Assembly: GCF_037042905.1 (NCBI RefSeq)
Contig: NC_087251.1
Location: 5,148,001-5,212,000, forward strand
Reading direction: 5' to 3'
From: Lytechinus pictus
Taxonomy: Eukaryota
Length of the DNA stretch: 64,000 bases
In this document: piece by piece, positions 1 through 12,340 of the stretch
Layout: each line of letters opens with the position of its first letter
Numbering within the stretch: position 1 is the stretch's first letter
The notes under the pieces: model-generated
Database searches by the model: none
Told to the model about the DNA's origin: nothing
What the model saw: the letters and a program-made list of their open reading frames with translations, nothing else
Position numbers and translations under genes: made by a program

Positions 1-196
1 TTGTAGAGGGGATGATATGAAGATATGATATATAGTATTAAATTCCATATGAAGAAAGAAAAGAAAAAGTTATAAATCTAAAGGAATCTTGAGATTGAAC
101 AAGATATTTTACTCATTTTTTGTCTCGCCTGCATAGCAGAGCGAGACTATAGGCGCCGCTTTTCCGACGGCGACGGCGGCGGCGGCGTCAACATCA

Positions 197-1020
197 AATC
201 TTAACCTAAGGTTAAGTTTTTGAAATGACATCATAACTTAGAAAGTATATGGACCTAGTTCATGAAACTTGGACATAAGGTTAATCAAGTATTACTAAAC
301 ATCTTGCCTGAGTTTCAGGTCACATGACCAAGGTCAAAGGTCATTTAGGGTCAATGAACTTTGACCATGTTGGGAGAATTATTTTCAAAATCTTAACCGA
401 AGGTTAAGTTTTTGAAATGACATCATAACTTAGAAAGTATATGGACCTAGTTCATGTAACTTAGGCATAAGGTTAATCAAGTATTAGTGAACATCCTGCT
501 CGAGTTTCAGGTCACGTGACCAAGGTCAAAGGTCATTTAGGGTCAATGAACTTTGGTCAAGTTGGGGGTATTTGTTGAATTACTATCATAACTTTGAAAA
601 TTTATAGATCTAGTTCATGAAACTTGGACATAAGGTTAATCAAGTATTAGCAAACATCATGTGCGAGTTTCAGGTCACATGACCATGGTCAATGGTCATT
701 TAATGTCAATGAACTTTGGCCGTGTTGGGGGTATTTGTTAAATTACCATCCTAACTCTGAAAGTTTATGGATCTAGTTCATAAAACTTGGGATATAAGAG
801 TAATCAAGTATCACTGAACATCCCCTGTGAGTTTCAGGTCACAAAACCAAGGTCAAAGGTCAGTTAAGGTCAATAAACTTAGGCCATGTTGGGGTAATTG
901 TTGAATTGCCATCATAACTTTGAAAGTTTATAGATAGAGTGATTGAAATGTGGACATGGATGTAGTTGACAAGTCTTAAGTCACCGTTCAAATGTCATTT
1001 ATGGTCAATGAACGTGGTAT
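197..1020. repeat. Core tandem array of the HINE-like element, ~5 units of ~163-192 bp
   Basis: Recurring CATAACTT..GACCTAGTTCATGAAACTTGG..GAGTTTCAGGTCAC..CCAAGGTCAAAGGTCA; anchors at ~326, 518, 681, 845. Confidence 0.9.
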
Positions 1021-1290
1021 TATGTCATTATACACTACTCAAAAAAAGTTAAGGACCACTTTTTAAAACGTACATAAAGATTTTATACAAGGTGTTTTAT
1101 TTCTGGAAATACCTCAGTACAACTGTCCTAAATGTCCTTAAACACGCTGTAATCAATTTCACGCATGGGTGGTTTCAGTTGTTGCACAATGTCTCTCGCA
1201 TCACTGCACATCCTGAAAAGTGGGCCCCGAGGGGTATCAGCTACCGACATGAAGTGGTAAAAACGAATGTCTGAGTGTCTTTCAGGCAGT

Positions 1291-2319
1291 TCAGTAACGA
1301 GTGTGACCACCTCCTGCAGCAATAACGGCTTCACAGCGCTGTCTCATGGAGCTGATGAGGCGATTGATGTCTCTGACGTCCAGTGCATCCCATGCAGCCT
1401 CCAGAGCCACACCCAGCTGCTGCAGTCCAAGTGGATGGGCTTCGAGCTGGTCGAGACTCCTCCCCATCATGTCCCAGACGTGCTCTATCGGGTTTAAGTC
1501 CGGGGACCTCGCTGGCCACTCCATACGCTCAATCCCCTGGCCCTCAAGGAACTCGGTCACCACCCTAGCTCGGTGGGCACGGGCATTGTCATCCATGAAA
1601 ATGATGTTTTGTCCCACATTTTCTGCAAATGGCACCACTATAGGTTCAAGGACCTCATCCCTGTACCTCACTCCTGTCATTGCTCCCCCTGGGACCACGT
1701 AGAGACGAGTACGGTTGGCGTAGGTGATGCCTCCCCACACCATGACGCTGCCTCCCCCATAACGGTCATGTTCTGCAATACAGGGGTCTGCAAATCTCTC
1801 TCCTGGTCGCCTCCAGACTCTCGAACGTCCATCATTGTGGTCAAGGGAAAATCTGCTCTCATCTGTGAACAGAACTCTACGCCATTGCTGTCTGGTCCAT
1901 CTGACATGCTCCCGGGCCCAGTTGAGACGAATTCTTCTGTGAGCAGGGGTGAGTGGGACACACTGAGCTGGCCGTCTGGCATGCATATTGGCTCTGTGAA
2001 GTCGGTTACGGATTGTTTGAGTGGAAACAATCACTCCAGTTGCTGCAGCGAAGTCATTGTTGAGGCGGCGTGCACTGTGAAAGCGGTTGCGGAGGCTGAG
2101 ATTCGTCAAGTAGCGATCATCTCTAGGGGTTGTCGAAACTGGTCGGCCACTGCGGGGTCTCTCGGAGTATAGCCCTGTCTCTCGGTGTCTTTGATTTGCT
2201 CTGCTAATGACACTGTGTGACACGCCCATCATTCTGACTACTCTTCGCTGACTGAGGCCAGCTTCCAGCATCCCTAGGGCTCTGGCTACATCTGTTTCAC
2301 TTAGGTGGTGTCTTGGCAT
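1291..2319 (-). CDS. Tc1/mariner superfamily DD34E transposase, 342 aa, uninterrupted
   Basis: ATG at 2319 (MPRHHLSE); N-terminal HTH region, RSGRP linker, VLFTDESRF, GGSVMVWG, MDDNARAH, WPARSPDLNPIEHVW; 34 residues between second D and E; ends GGHTRY. Confidence 0.95.
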   Translation of the reverse strand: MPRHHLSETDVARALGMLEAGLSQRRVVRMMGVSHSVISRANQRHRETGLYSERPRSGRPVSTTPRDDRYLTNLSLRNRFHSARRLNNDFAAATGVIVSTQTIRNRLHRANMHARRPAQCVPLTPAHRRIRLNWAREHVRWTRQQWRRVLFTDESRFSLDHNDGRSRVWRRPGERFADPCIAEHDRYGGGSVMVWGGITYANRTRLYVVPGGAMTGVRYRDEVLEPIVVPFAENVGQNIIFMDDNARAHRARVVTEFLEGQGIERMEWPARSPDLNPIEHVWDMMGRSLDQLEAHPLGLQQLGVALEAAWDALDVRDINRLISSMRQRCEAVIAAGGGHTRY

Positions 2320-2860
2320 TGCTGTTGTAGGCAAGTTGTTGATTGTACAGACTAAAGACGGAAAATGCTTTGGAAGACACTTGTCTTATGGCCCACTGCA
2401 ATGATGCCAGAGACATCATGAAAGAACTGCATGTGTGAAATTGATGTCATTGTGTTTGATGGCATTCTGGACAGCTGTATCTTGGCCTTGGCATTGCTAT
2501 TGTCAGCAAGTTGTTGATTGTAGAGACTAAAGACAGAAAATGCTTTGGAAGCCACTTTTGTACGGGCACATTGCAATGATGCAAGAGACATGAAAGAACT
2601 GCATGTGTGAAATTGATTTCATTGTGTTTGATGGCATCCTGGACAGCTGTATCTTGGCATTGCTGTTGTCAGCAATTTGTTGATTGTAGAGACTAAAGAC
2701 AGAAAATGCATTTGAATCCACATTTGTACCACTTCACAATGGGCCCACTTTTCAGGATATGCAATAATGCGAGAGACATCATGCAACAACTGAAACCACC
2801 CATGTGTGAAATTGTTACAGGGTGTTTGAGGAGATTCAAGACAGCCATATTCGGGTATTT
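2311..2860. repeat. Three related ~165-200 bp tandem units upstream of the transposase
   Basis: Units begin (T/C)CTTGGCATTGCT(G/A)TTGT at ~2311, 2486, 2652; each has TTGTTGATTGTA.AGACTAAAGAC.GAAAATGC and AGAGACAT..CATGTGTGAAATTG. Confidence 0.9.
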
Positions 2861-3734
2861 CTAGAAATACAACACCCGGTTTGAAAATTGTATACACACA
2901 TTAAAAAGTGGTCCTTAACTTTTTTTGAGTAGTGTATGAATGGAGTTTTTGTGAATGATTATTTTATAGTAGTTTTCAAAGTTAGCACTGCTGCTATATT
3001 AAATCGCGTAATGCAGGCGAGACTGCCAGAGGCGTTCCACTTGTTTGTTCTTTATACTGTATTTATAGAAGGGGGGGGGGGGGGGTAAGATTAATCTAAA
3101 AAATAAAGGTTTCAGTGATGTTTAGCAATAATTGAACCTAGACCTATTTATCTAGCGTCCAGAGCTACCGCCAACCAGATAACACATCTCTTTTGTTCAT
3201 TTATATGTTATATCAATGCGGCATCCAGCCCTACATAATAATTATCTAAAATCATACAGTGATTGCTTTTGACCTGTAATCATAAAGCCCTGGCTCAACC
3301 TGACATATTCATGAATAAACTCAAACTTATCAGGATTGATTAGCTGAATAATTCAGGAATGAAAGTAACCTTGACACTGAAATACCTATTGTTAGTTTAC
3401 CATCTATATCTATTTATAATACCTCTGTCTTGCCCACATACAATCTGCTGTATTTCACAACTTTGGAATTTATTTCATTATGCTCTTTGCATTATTTTTT
3501 AATGTTTGGTTACTAGGTTTGAACGATAGGTGATTGAACACTGGTTTACTCATGACATGTTTCTAGCTGCTTTGAAGGTCTGCAATGATTTATATAGAAA
3601 GTGTTCAGGCAGGAATTTGGCAGAATTTAAAAAAAAAATTAAAAAAATTTATGTCTGACTAAATAAATTGATATCTAGTCTACAAATGAGATACAGGATG
3701 GTATAACCCCAAAACCCAATATGTAGTATTTTTG

Positions 3735-3850
3735 TAGTAATAATGATAATAATAATAATGATGATAATACCAATAATAATAATAGTAATGATAGTAATAA
3801 TAGCAACAACATAAACAACCATCACCACCACCATCACAACAACAACAACC
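3735..3850. repeat. Compound microsatellite (AAT/GAT)n-(ACC)n-(AAC)n
   Basis: Visible trinucleotide runs. Confidence 0.9.
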
Positions 3851-3964
3851 CTTATTTACCCAGGGTATCCACTTCAGCTGTATTTTTTTCCAGCGGGCCT
3901 TGCATATAACATAACATGTTATTATCACCCTTCTCCATTCTTGTACATCATGTACCTGACAGAA

Positions 3965-4060
3965 GGTCCCATTTTAAAAGTCTTTGGTATGACTCAGCCA
4001 GAAACGAACTCAAGACCTCCTGTTCATGAGGCCGGCTCTTTACCACTATGCCACCATGCC
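3965..4060 (-). mobile_element. tRNA-derived SINE head, degraded
   Basis: Minus strand GGTGGCATAGTGGTAAAG (A box) ... GAGTTCGTTTC (B-box-like) followed by non-tRNA tail GAGTCATACCAAAGAC. Confidence 0.6.
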
Positions 4061-5696
4061 TGCTACACCCCCAGTATTATGATATATTTTCTTTCTTCAC
4101 ATGTGCTTTTAACCTTCAGAATGACTTTGGATTTCATTGTAGGGTCAGGAATTGTCAGCTATCCAAGAACCTTGATATACATACATGTACATGGCATCTA
4201 GGTCAATTAGAATGCTCTTGATCTCATCCAGATATGAAGTAAGGGGTAGAATAATGTTCACCATATCTACATTATCCAACATGTGGTTTCTTCTCAAACA
4301 CCCATGTGCAACCAAACTAGTGCTGGTCAATGACCTTGGCAGAGTTCCAAAAGGGGGATCTAATAATCATCACCCCTCCAAATGATGTCATATGCCTATC
4401 TTGAAGTCAAGTGTGCTCCCATATCCTCCACATTCAGTCTATCCTCACAATAAATTATCACTTGAATTATGCAAAATGGTGTTCTAAAAAGAATCATAGG
4501 ACTTTCTTAACAAAGTCTTAATGCATGATGGTAAGTGTCAGTTTCTGGAAAATAAATGTACTTATAACATTTTTTGGCAATAATTGTGGTACAAAAATTT
4601 AGAGTTCATTTATTATAGAACTTGTTTTTGAAAAGAAAATTAGAGATGAATTTTTTCCAAATATATATATATAGTACATGTATGTTGCTCAATCTTCAAG
4701 GACAGTTTACTCATGTTGTAAAGATTACAATGTAGTAAGCATTCATATCTTGATTATAATCTCTGAATTGATTTCTTTTGCATTGAGCATTGGATTAATC
4801 ATATCTATTTCATCAAGCATTTGTCTTCAATCAGAATCTCTGAAGAAAATATGTTTAGAACTCCAAATAAATTGTCATTAGTTGCCATTTCTCATAATTC
4901 TTGATTGCGTTATTTATAGCTTGTTGATTTGTTTCTGTTCTTTCAATATTTCATGTAAAATGCATTCTTCTCCCTTTCATATCCTGTAATTGCTAATATG
5001 CCACAAATCTTTATCTTCTATAAATGGATAATAAGACAATTAAGTTGACTGTTTTGTACAAGTGTTTTTCTTGTTAAATTATGATTTCAAACACCATCTT
5101 CTCATGGAATTAGTTAAGAATATGAAATATATTTTTCCAAATAGTTATTTTCTGAATGCATACTAGCTGAACATAAGAATTATATGAGGTTATGTATACC
5201 ATAAAACTTTTGTAAATCCCTCAGTTTCCTCTTTGAAGTATTTTCACTCATGTTATAAATTTGTTGATCTACATACACAATATATAGATCAGTTGTTCCC
5301 TCTAGCTCACAAACACTGGCTGATTTCCAGAGTATGTAGTCTCATAATCACACCTTATCTTTTTGATCAAGCAAGTCATGTCTGAGGGTCCTTTGCCATG
5401 AAGAACACATTATTTCTAAATCCTGCTTTATGGGGGTGTAATGTTTGTGATCATTACAATTTACAGAACATGGCTATGATTTAATGTCAGTATTAAGTCA
5501 AAATTACAGGCATCATTTTGTTTAATAGACCTGTCTTTATTGTGTGAAGTCATTGAAGAACAACACCATTGACATGAATGGGCTGAAGATGACTATCCAG
5601 ACCATTTGCGGAGAATTAAATAATAAGTAGATACTCGTAGTATTGAAACTGTCATTGGTTGCACATGTTACTTTTTATTATGGAACTAGATTTATT

Positions 5697-5756
5697 TGCC
5701 AAGATTAATAGAATTAATTGAATGAATGCCAAGATTAATAGAATTAATTGAATGAA
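5697..5756. repeat. Perfect 30-bp tandem duplication
   Basis: TGCCAAGATTAATAGAATTAATTGAATGAA x2. Confidence 0.95.
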
Positions 5757-6311
5757 ATTGATTGCTCTTGTTGAGAACGATCACTCTGTAATAGGTTTTT
5801 TTTTTTACTGTGCAGTATAAAAAGAAGGATTGGGAAATTTGTTTTGAGTGCCTTACTTTGATTAAAAACCTTGCCGAGGACCATGATAACTAATTGCCAA
5901 ACCAAAATGGTCTGATCTGCCAGGTTATCTCAGTTCAGGATAGAGTCATCAGTGTTTTGGGTAGACTTTGCCAAAAATCCTGTGCCTAAATCTCCTGTTT
6001 TAACCATGATCATATCTGTCATTTATATGTGCCCAACTTTCAGCTTCCTGCAATGCTATATTTATCACCCATCTCTCCCATCATCGCCTCCCATGCAAGT
6101 CCGCCTCCCTTGCCAGTCCACAGGAATCCAGTTCTTTAACACTGACAGAGGGTCAATGTGTATGTATGATGCCAAGTAATCTGCTTCCTGTAAAACATTC
6201 TGCAGTTTGCTTTATAAAGGTAGCCAACTAGTGCTGGGTTACATGATCACTAACTGCTCATATTGATTTTGATTATCATACCAAATATTCCATGAATATA
6301 TTGAAACAAAT

Positions 6312-6845
6312 ACCCGGGGAGGGGGGGGGGGCACTTCCATTGATGAGTGGATACCATGCACAACCATGGGGTCTCAAAAAGCACCCTAAACAAGTATTTT
6401 CCATATTCTGAAAATGCACCCTTAACAAGTATTGGCATATAAAACCCTACCCTTAACAAGTATTGGAAACAAAACGATACCCTTGGCAAGTATTCCCTGA
6501 ATTGAACCCCTAAACAAGTACAGCACAATATTTTGATTATTATGTATCTATGTCACAGCGGGTTTCACAGACTTCGGTCGTTAGTTTTATCATACCTAAG
6601 TACGGCCCCATGCACCTCCCACACCTTGCGCAAATCAACACGTAGTGTTGACTGTTGGGGAAAAAAGTACATCTTTTATAAAACATTTTAGTCTATACCC
6701 TCGCAAATTTGACCCTAAACACGTAGCTTTACTAGCGAAATAGATACCCTTTTTCATTATTGTAGTGTTTTTGACACCCTTATTACGTAACGTACGTACA
6801 TACGTAACGTGCCATATTTGAAAAAGACATCCTTTTTACGTTACC
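6312..6845. mobile_element. Partial non-autonomous DNA transposon (CCCGGGG-polyG end) with subterminal repeats
   Basis: CCCGGGG(G)n start then several ACCC(T/C)(T/A)AACAAGTA-like motifs at ~6383-6520; partner terminus not found. Confidence 0.5.
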
Positions 6846-7299
6846 TGTACAGGAAAATTATAAACTTACATGTAGCATGGTTTAATATTTTTCATTGGTA
6901 TTAAACGGCATATTCAAATCAAGTCAAAAATGTATAACAGTATGATCTTGAATGTACTGGGTGAGAATGTTTATGATGTGAAGATCACTTTTGGCCTTTT
7001 CCGCATTATAAGCTTAAGTATATATTCATAGAAACACCTACACCTTTAATCAGTGATGTGAGATTGTGAAGTGATTATAATTCACACACATAGATGAATT
7101 TCCTCTTTTTATTAGAGGGTAAAACTCTTCCATAAGAAGAGGTGGGAGGTTTCTTTGAAAGTTCTATGTATATAAAAAGTCATGGTCATTAAATTCTCTG
7201 CTTGATTTACTTTTAATCCCTCTATGATTAGCAGGTAGTAGAAACCAAACACTGTTGTTAATTTCCATATAACATGTAAAACCTGTCATCTGTTACATT

Positions 7300-7680
7300 G
7301 ATAACACCTTGCAAACCTGGTGGAGTTTAAAACCCTGATAGCTATGTAATATATCTCTAGATGTTTCTCAGCATTCCCCTGGGACAAAATTATTGGACAA
7401 TTAATTAAGTAATTAGATGGTAATAGACTGCAGTGGGAAAGGAGGAAATGGTTATTTAAGGAGTTTGAGGTGTGGTGACAGGGTTGTGACAATAGCGGCC
7501 AAGAAAACCCTTCTCTGGAATGGTGCACTGTAGAGTAGTGTCCCCAAGGATTATAACAGAGTTCAGGTATGGATGATTCATCAAAACAGGTAAAGATATT
7601 GAAAGCCATTGCATCATTTACAAAGTTAGACTTGAAAAGAGACTGAAATTGCATATTGACAATTATATATATAATAGTCA
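7300..7680 (-). pseudogene. Highly degraded CR1-like LINE fragment
   Basis: Minus-strand FNIFTCFDESSIPEL and PSNY resemble the linker and start of the CR1-group RT domain; weak. Confidence 0.3.
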
Positions 7681-9748
7681 ATGCATATCTACCAAGGAAA
7701 ATTGCATTCAGTGGGGTGTTGAATAATTCTAATTGAATATGACCTCTTTGTTGCTATATTAGGGTCCATGCTTTTTTGGGGGTAATTGTTATTTTTTTTT
7801 TATATCACTTTTGTGTTGTAAACCCTGTATGGCATTTCATTGATGTATTGTTTGTAAATATTATTGAACAAAGTCTCAGGGCCTCAGTAAATATTAATAT
7901 CCTTGCCCATAATCAAAGCCTTTCTAAATTCTATTTTGATTTATGTTGATGAAGACAGCAGATAGAGAATAACGATGTACCTGAATTAAACCCTGTATTG
8001 CCTTTATTATCTCACTGATCAAACAAATCCATCTCACCACCTTTGTGAGAAATGTGTGATCCACCCCTTAACATGCAATTAAGAGCAGCTCTGTGAGATC
8101 AAATCAGTTCAGGATTGAATTGCACAGCCTGTTCCGGTCTCTTTATCTATAATCTTCCTCATTACCAAAAGGAGTGCCATCCCTTAATTGAAAGCTGCCT
8201 TTTCATCAATTGACCACGCTTATATTTCTTGTCGTTGTCTCTCCTCTTCATATAAATTTGCATTTTGACTCAGCACCACCTCCCTAATTGCAATATTTCA
8301 AGATCGGAATGACACAGCCTTAAAACATTCTCTTTATCAGATATGCCTCCTTAACCCTAGGGAGAAAGCGACCCTTAATCGGTAATACATCCACCATTAA
8401 TACATGCCACCAACCCATCTGGGAATAGGCAAGTTCCATTTTACGCCCTTCTACTGAAGAATTACACCCCTCCCATCACCCCTTGGGACGAACCAACCCA
8501 AGTAATGAGTTAACAGGTGTCTTCCTCATGGTTCGATATGACTTCATGGTTCACTCACGCATTGGAGGTTAGGTTTTATTACTATCCCATCATCAGTCAT
8601 TGCTGTGATTGGATTATTCTCATTCTCGTATGTAACAGATTAGTGGCTGAAAATGATAGCAAAGTGGTTATTTTAACCAATTATCCCCCATTTAAAGACA
8701 GAGCTTACTATTTCAAAACTGCATGGAAAATCCTTTACACCCATAGATAATGATTGTCAAAAATTAAAGATTCCTCATTTATCATGTTACATGTATTTCC
8801 TACATGATAAATATATTTCTTAAATCATCAGCTTTAAGTTCTAGTTGTGGAAAATGCAACAATTATTTTTGTGAGCTTTCAACTTCTTTTCATGTTAAAA
8901 AGAGTATTTTAACACAAAGTTTGACTGCAAAGGATTGTTCTTCAGATGCCACAACACAAGATCTCAAATTTGCATGTTGCCACAAGTAAGCATTTTGTGT
9001 GTAGCAAATTGACTTTGAATTTATTTCAACATTCAATTTTATCTTAGATGTTCTTTATATATAAGAATAATCTTTTTGATAAAAATAATGAAAGATAATG
9101 CTAAGGCTATGAATGTTGAAGTTCAAAGGAAATAATGAATTACACAGAGATATCAGGGGAGAAAATAGGGAAAATATCATGCCTGTAATGAAATGACTTA
9201 TTATTCCTGCCAGACAGGTACTTTGGAAAACACTTCCTGGAAAATAGGTGAAACTTGGAAGTCAAAATTGCTTCAAGCAATATCTAGAATACCCATGCCC
9301 ATACAAATATAAGCCTTATTTATTCTGACTTCATGAACTTAAAGGCCTTGATCAGTATTTAATTCAAAGTATTGATTGACTATTACTTAGCATTTTACTT
9401 GGCTAAGCAAAATGCCTGTACTCATATTCAATTCACTTCTAAGTATTTTACTTTATCAAGTCAACTTTTACAAAATAACTGATAATTATTATTATTATTA
9501 TCATTATTATTATTTATTTGGCCATAAAAAAACATACAAAAATTGTACAATGTAATTACATAAATACAATTTGAAATTGAATAATTAAATATAGATAAGG
9601 TAGAAATGAAAGAGAAGAAGAAAACAGTTTTTCCATGGGCCAGGGCTCGCAAAAGTAAAATTCAGTACTATTGCCCAGAGGCATGCGAGCCCTCATGGAA
9701 AAACTGTTGAGAGAATATTGCACATTCAATATATAAAATTGCACATTG

Positions 9749-11897
9749 GGGTGATTCCATACGTGTCGTACGGGACATTTAGAGAACATTTGACAGTTTT
9801 TTGACAAGAAAAACAAAAATTTTCCAGTAACTAAAGGTGATCATCAAGTACTACCAGAGTGTTAGAAAAACCAATACTTAACATGACTTGAATTCACATC
9901 CTGTATAATACAGATTTAAAATAGTAATGTGTCGTACGGACGCAGAAAAAGTGGCTTTTTTCGAAACCTCAAGTTTGTACGCTAAAGTCTGTGAGTTGGA
10001 CAGATAATTTTCATAGAAACTGAACTCAAATTGATATTCAATCACCCAAGAACAAACACATCTATGAAAGAAAGCAAAATAAACATTCATGAATAAATAA
10101 AGCAAATTACAATTTTCGAGAACATTGTGGCGTACGGGACACTCAAAATGTGTCATACGGGACACCTCTAAATTGAAGCCAAACTTTCTTACTTTATGTC
10201 TCTCTGACTTCTTCAATCACTCTATTTGGCTGATGACAATGATAGTCCTATCAAACTAAAGACATTCATTATGTTAGAAACCGCAATTGGCTGAATATTT
10301 CTGTCAATATATCATAAACAAAATAATGTGTCGTACGGGACAGTACGGGACACTTGTGTGTCGTACGGGACACTTGTGTGTTGTACAGGCACTTGCGTGT
10401 TGTACTGGGCAGTCTGAATAAAACAATGAACTTTTATCAATCAGAAGGGGAGCATTGCCCCTAAATTCTACCTTTTTAATGAAAAGTCTTTTAATAAGTA
10501 GTCATTCAGGACAATATAATTAAGTAACCTCAAAATATACAATCGGGAGCAATATGTTATCATTTTTTTTCATGATGGGAAATGTACAAGGGTTCGCATC
10601 ATTTTTTCCAAGGTGAAGAACTTGAGGTTTTGTGTGAAGTTATATTTTAGTGAATTAATTGATGATTTCCAAAACACTATTTAAACAATGAATGAATGAA
10701 ACTGTTTGTGTAAATTATGGGGCTAAAATTTTATAATTTTTCATATAAAATGTATATATACATGATATATGTCACAACTGTCACTTATAATTCCACAAAA
10801 TATTTTTTTCTAAAGAAATGCGGTTCTACTTTTTCAAACCTTTCTGCATTTCATGAAACCATATGGTTTGTCTTATTTTCCAGATTTTTTTTTACAACTT
10901 GAAAAAAGTAAGGAGTTTCAATACTGTATATAAAAAATTAGTGATCATCAAGGGAAGTCCAAATAGTTGATTGATATGTAATTTTTTTTTTACATCTTAT
11001 AATAATTCCATGCAAGAGGAAGTCATCTTCCAGGCTAGGGTGAATCAATTATAAAGGTTTTCTTTTCATGCTCAGTGACAAAGAAATTAACCCGCTCTGA
11101 CCAGTGAAAATCACCAGTTTAGCTGAAGGGATTCTCAAAAGAATACACCTACATGACATCAATTAAAATGGTTAGAATCACCTATTTCATGTTCTATGGA
11201 GATAAAAAAGTATTTTTTTCAGTTCACTTTATGTCAAATCAATTACTTGAATTAAAATAGGCCTACTATTTACAGTTTCTGAATCAAAATCCTGCAATTA
11301 AATGCATTATATATTGTGTGTCGTACGGGACATGTCCCTTACGACACACACTGTGTCGTACGGGACAACTTTTAATAGGACAATTATCGAAAAATGAAGG
11401 GCTGTGATTAGATCCTTATGGGATAAATCGATCACCCATGGGTCAAAGAAAGAGAAACTGATATTGTGAAATTGCATCATCAAAAATAAAATTGTAGGAC
11501 AAACTTTTGCATCTTTATGTGTCGTACGGGACATTGCCAAAAATAGGTTCGGAAAAATCAGGGCTGCCCCTATTATGGATCATGAAAATGTTGTAGATAT
11601 CATTTGGAACCATCAATGATACATTATTCCATTGACATGCAATATTTTCAATCTTCTCGTGCTTTGCCAATAATTGTTTCAGGCAGTGTTTGTACTTGAC
11701 TATTTAATTAGCAAAATTATTGAAAATTGAAAATTCCATTATTCTTCCCCAAAAAAACTATATCTGATTTCACTTTTGGTTAAAACTCATAATTTTCATA
11801 AAATTTAGGTATCATAGTAAAATATTACACTACTTATGACTTATTAAAAGCATGTTGAAATTTATGATATTTTTGAAGTTCTAGTGTGGAATCGCCC
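9749..11897. mobile_element. Non-autonomous DNA transposon (~2.1 kb), superfamily uncertain (possibly Sola2-like)
   Basis: TIRs GGGTGATTCCATAC / GTGTGGAATCGCCC; flanks ATTG and ATTA; about 11 internal copies of GTGTCGTACGGGACA. Confidence 0.7.
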
Positions 11898-12219
11898 ATT
11901 ATTAGAATTCAAATAAATCACACTGACAAACATTATTTAAAAAAGTATGTATGTAACGCCAGGCAAGATACAGTAAAAGAAATAAAGACGGGTATTGGGA
12001 AGAATTTGAATACCCATGCCGGACTGATTAAGGAATGTTTGTAATGCTTAACATAACATAGCACAAAAATAACTTAGATTTGTGTGAGGTACTAGAGCCT
12101 GAAAAGCAACAATGAAACGAAATAAGGAGGAATGCCCTCGACAACAGCAAGAGCATGCCTCCACATTCCTATTAATGACATGTGTACTCGCCAGGCTCCA
12201 GCACCTAATACATAACAAT

Positions 12220-12340
12220 CAGTGGCGGACCGCGACCCGGAGGAGACAAAGCACTGGAGGGGCACAACATTGTTCACAAACAATACAGTGCCCCTCCAAT
12301 GCCCCGTCCCCCCCCCCCCCCGAGTCACGGTCCGCCACTG
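12220..12340. mobile_element. hAT-like MITE, 121 bp
   Basis: TIRs CAGTGGCGGACCGCGAC / GTCACGGTCCGCCACTG; perfect 8-bp TSD ATAACAAT (12212-12219, 12341-12348). Confidence 0.93.

Larger units (their letters stand above)
1033..2934 (-). mobile_element. Full-length Tc1-like DNA transposon
   Basis: TA at 1031-1032 and 2935-2936; perfect 34-bp TIRs CACTACTCAAAAAAAGTTAAGGACCACTTTTTAA (1033-1066 / 2901-2934) continuing as imperfect IRs to ~200-230 bp; contains transposase ORF. Confidence 0.97.
116..3045 (+). mobile_element. HINE/DINE-like (Helentron-associated) non-autonomous element, split by a Tc1 insertion
   Basis: T-run start, subterminal IR GTCTCGCCTGCAT (122-134) matching ATGCAGGCGAGAC (3011-3023), 5' short fold-back, (GGC)n microsatellite ~165-187, internal tandem core repeats, ends in ...CCACTTGTT. 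Confidence 0.75.

Noticed and set aside
1092..2897. Many overlapping ORFs around the Tc1 transposase (e.g. 1573-2172 +, 1346-1702 +)
   Set aside because: Antisense or alternate-frame shadows of a GC-rich CDS and its repeats; no recognisable domains
3649..3928. Ile- or Tyr-rich ORFs resembling membrane peptides
   Set aside because: Translations of the (AAT)n microsatellite
3965..4060. tRNA gene (also considered at ~41340-41414)
   Set aside because: Only A/B-box-like motifs, no complete cloverleaf, and a SINE-like tail
4250..5420. Possible ancient LINE endonuclease relic on the minus strand
   Set aside because: Only faint motif resemblance with stops in all frames; not supportable by eye
10320..10410. 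CRISPR-like reading of GTGTCGTACGGGACA repeats (and of the ~160-bp arrays)
   Set aside because: No regular unique spacers, no cas genes, eukaryotic context; these are internal TE repeats
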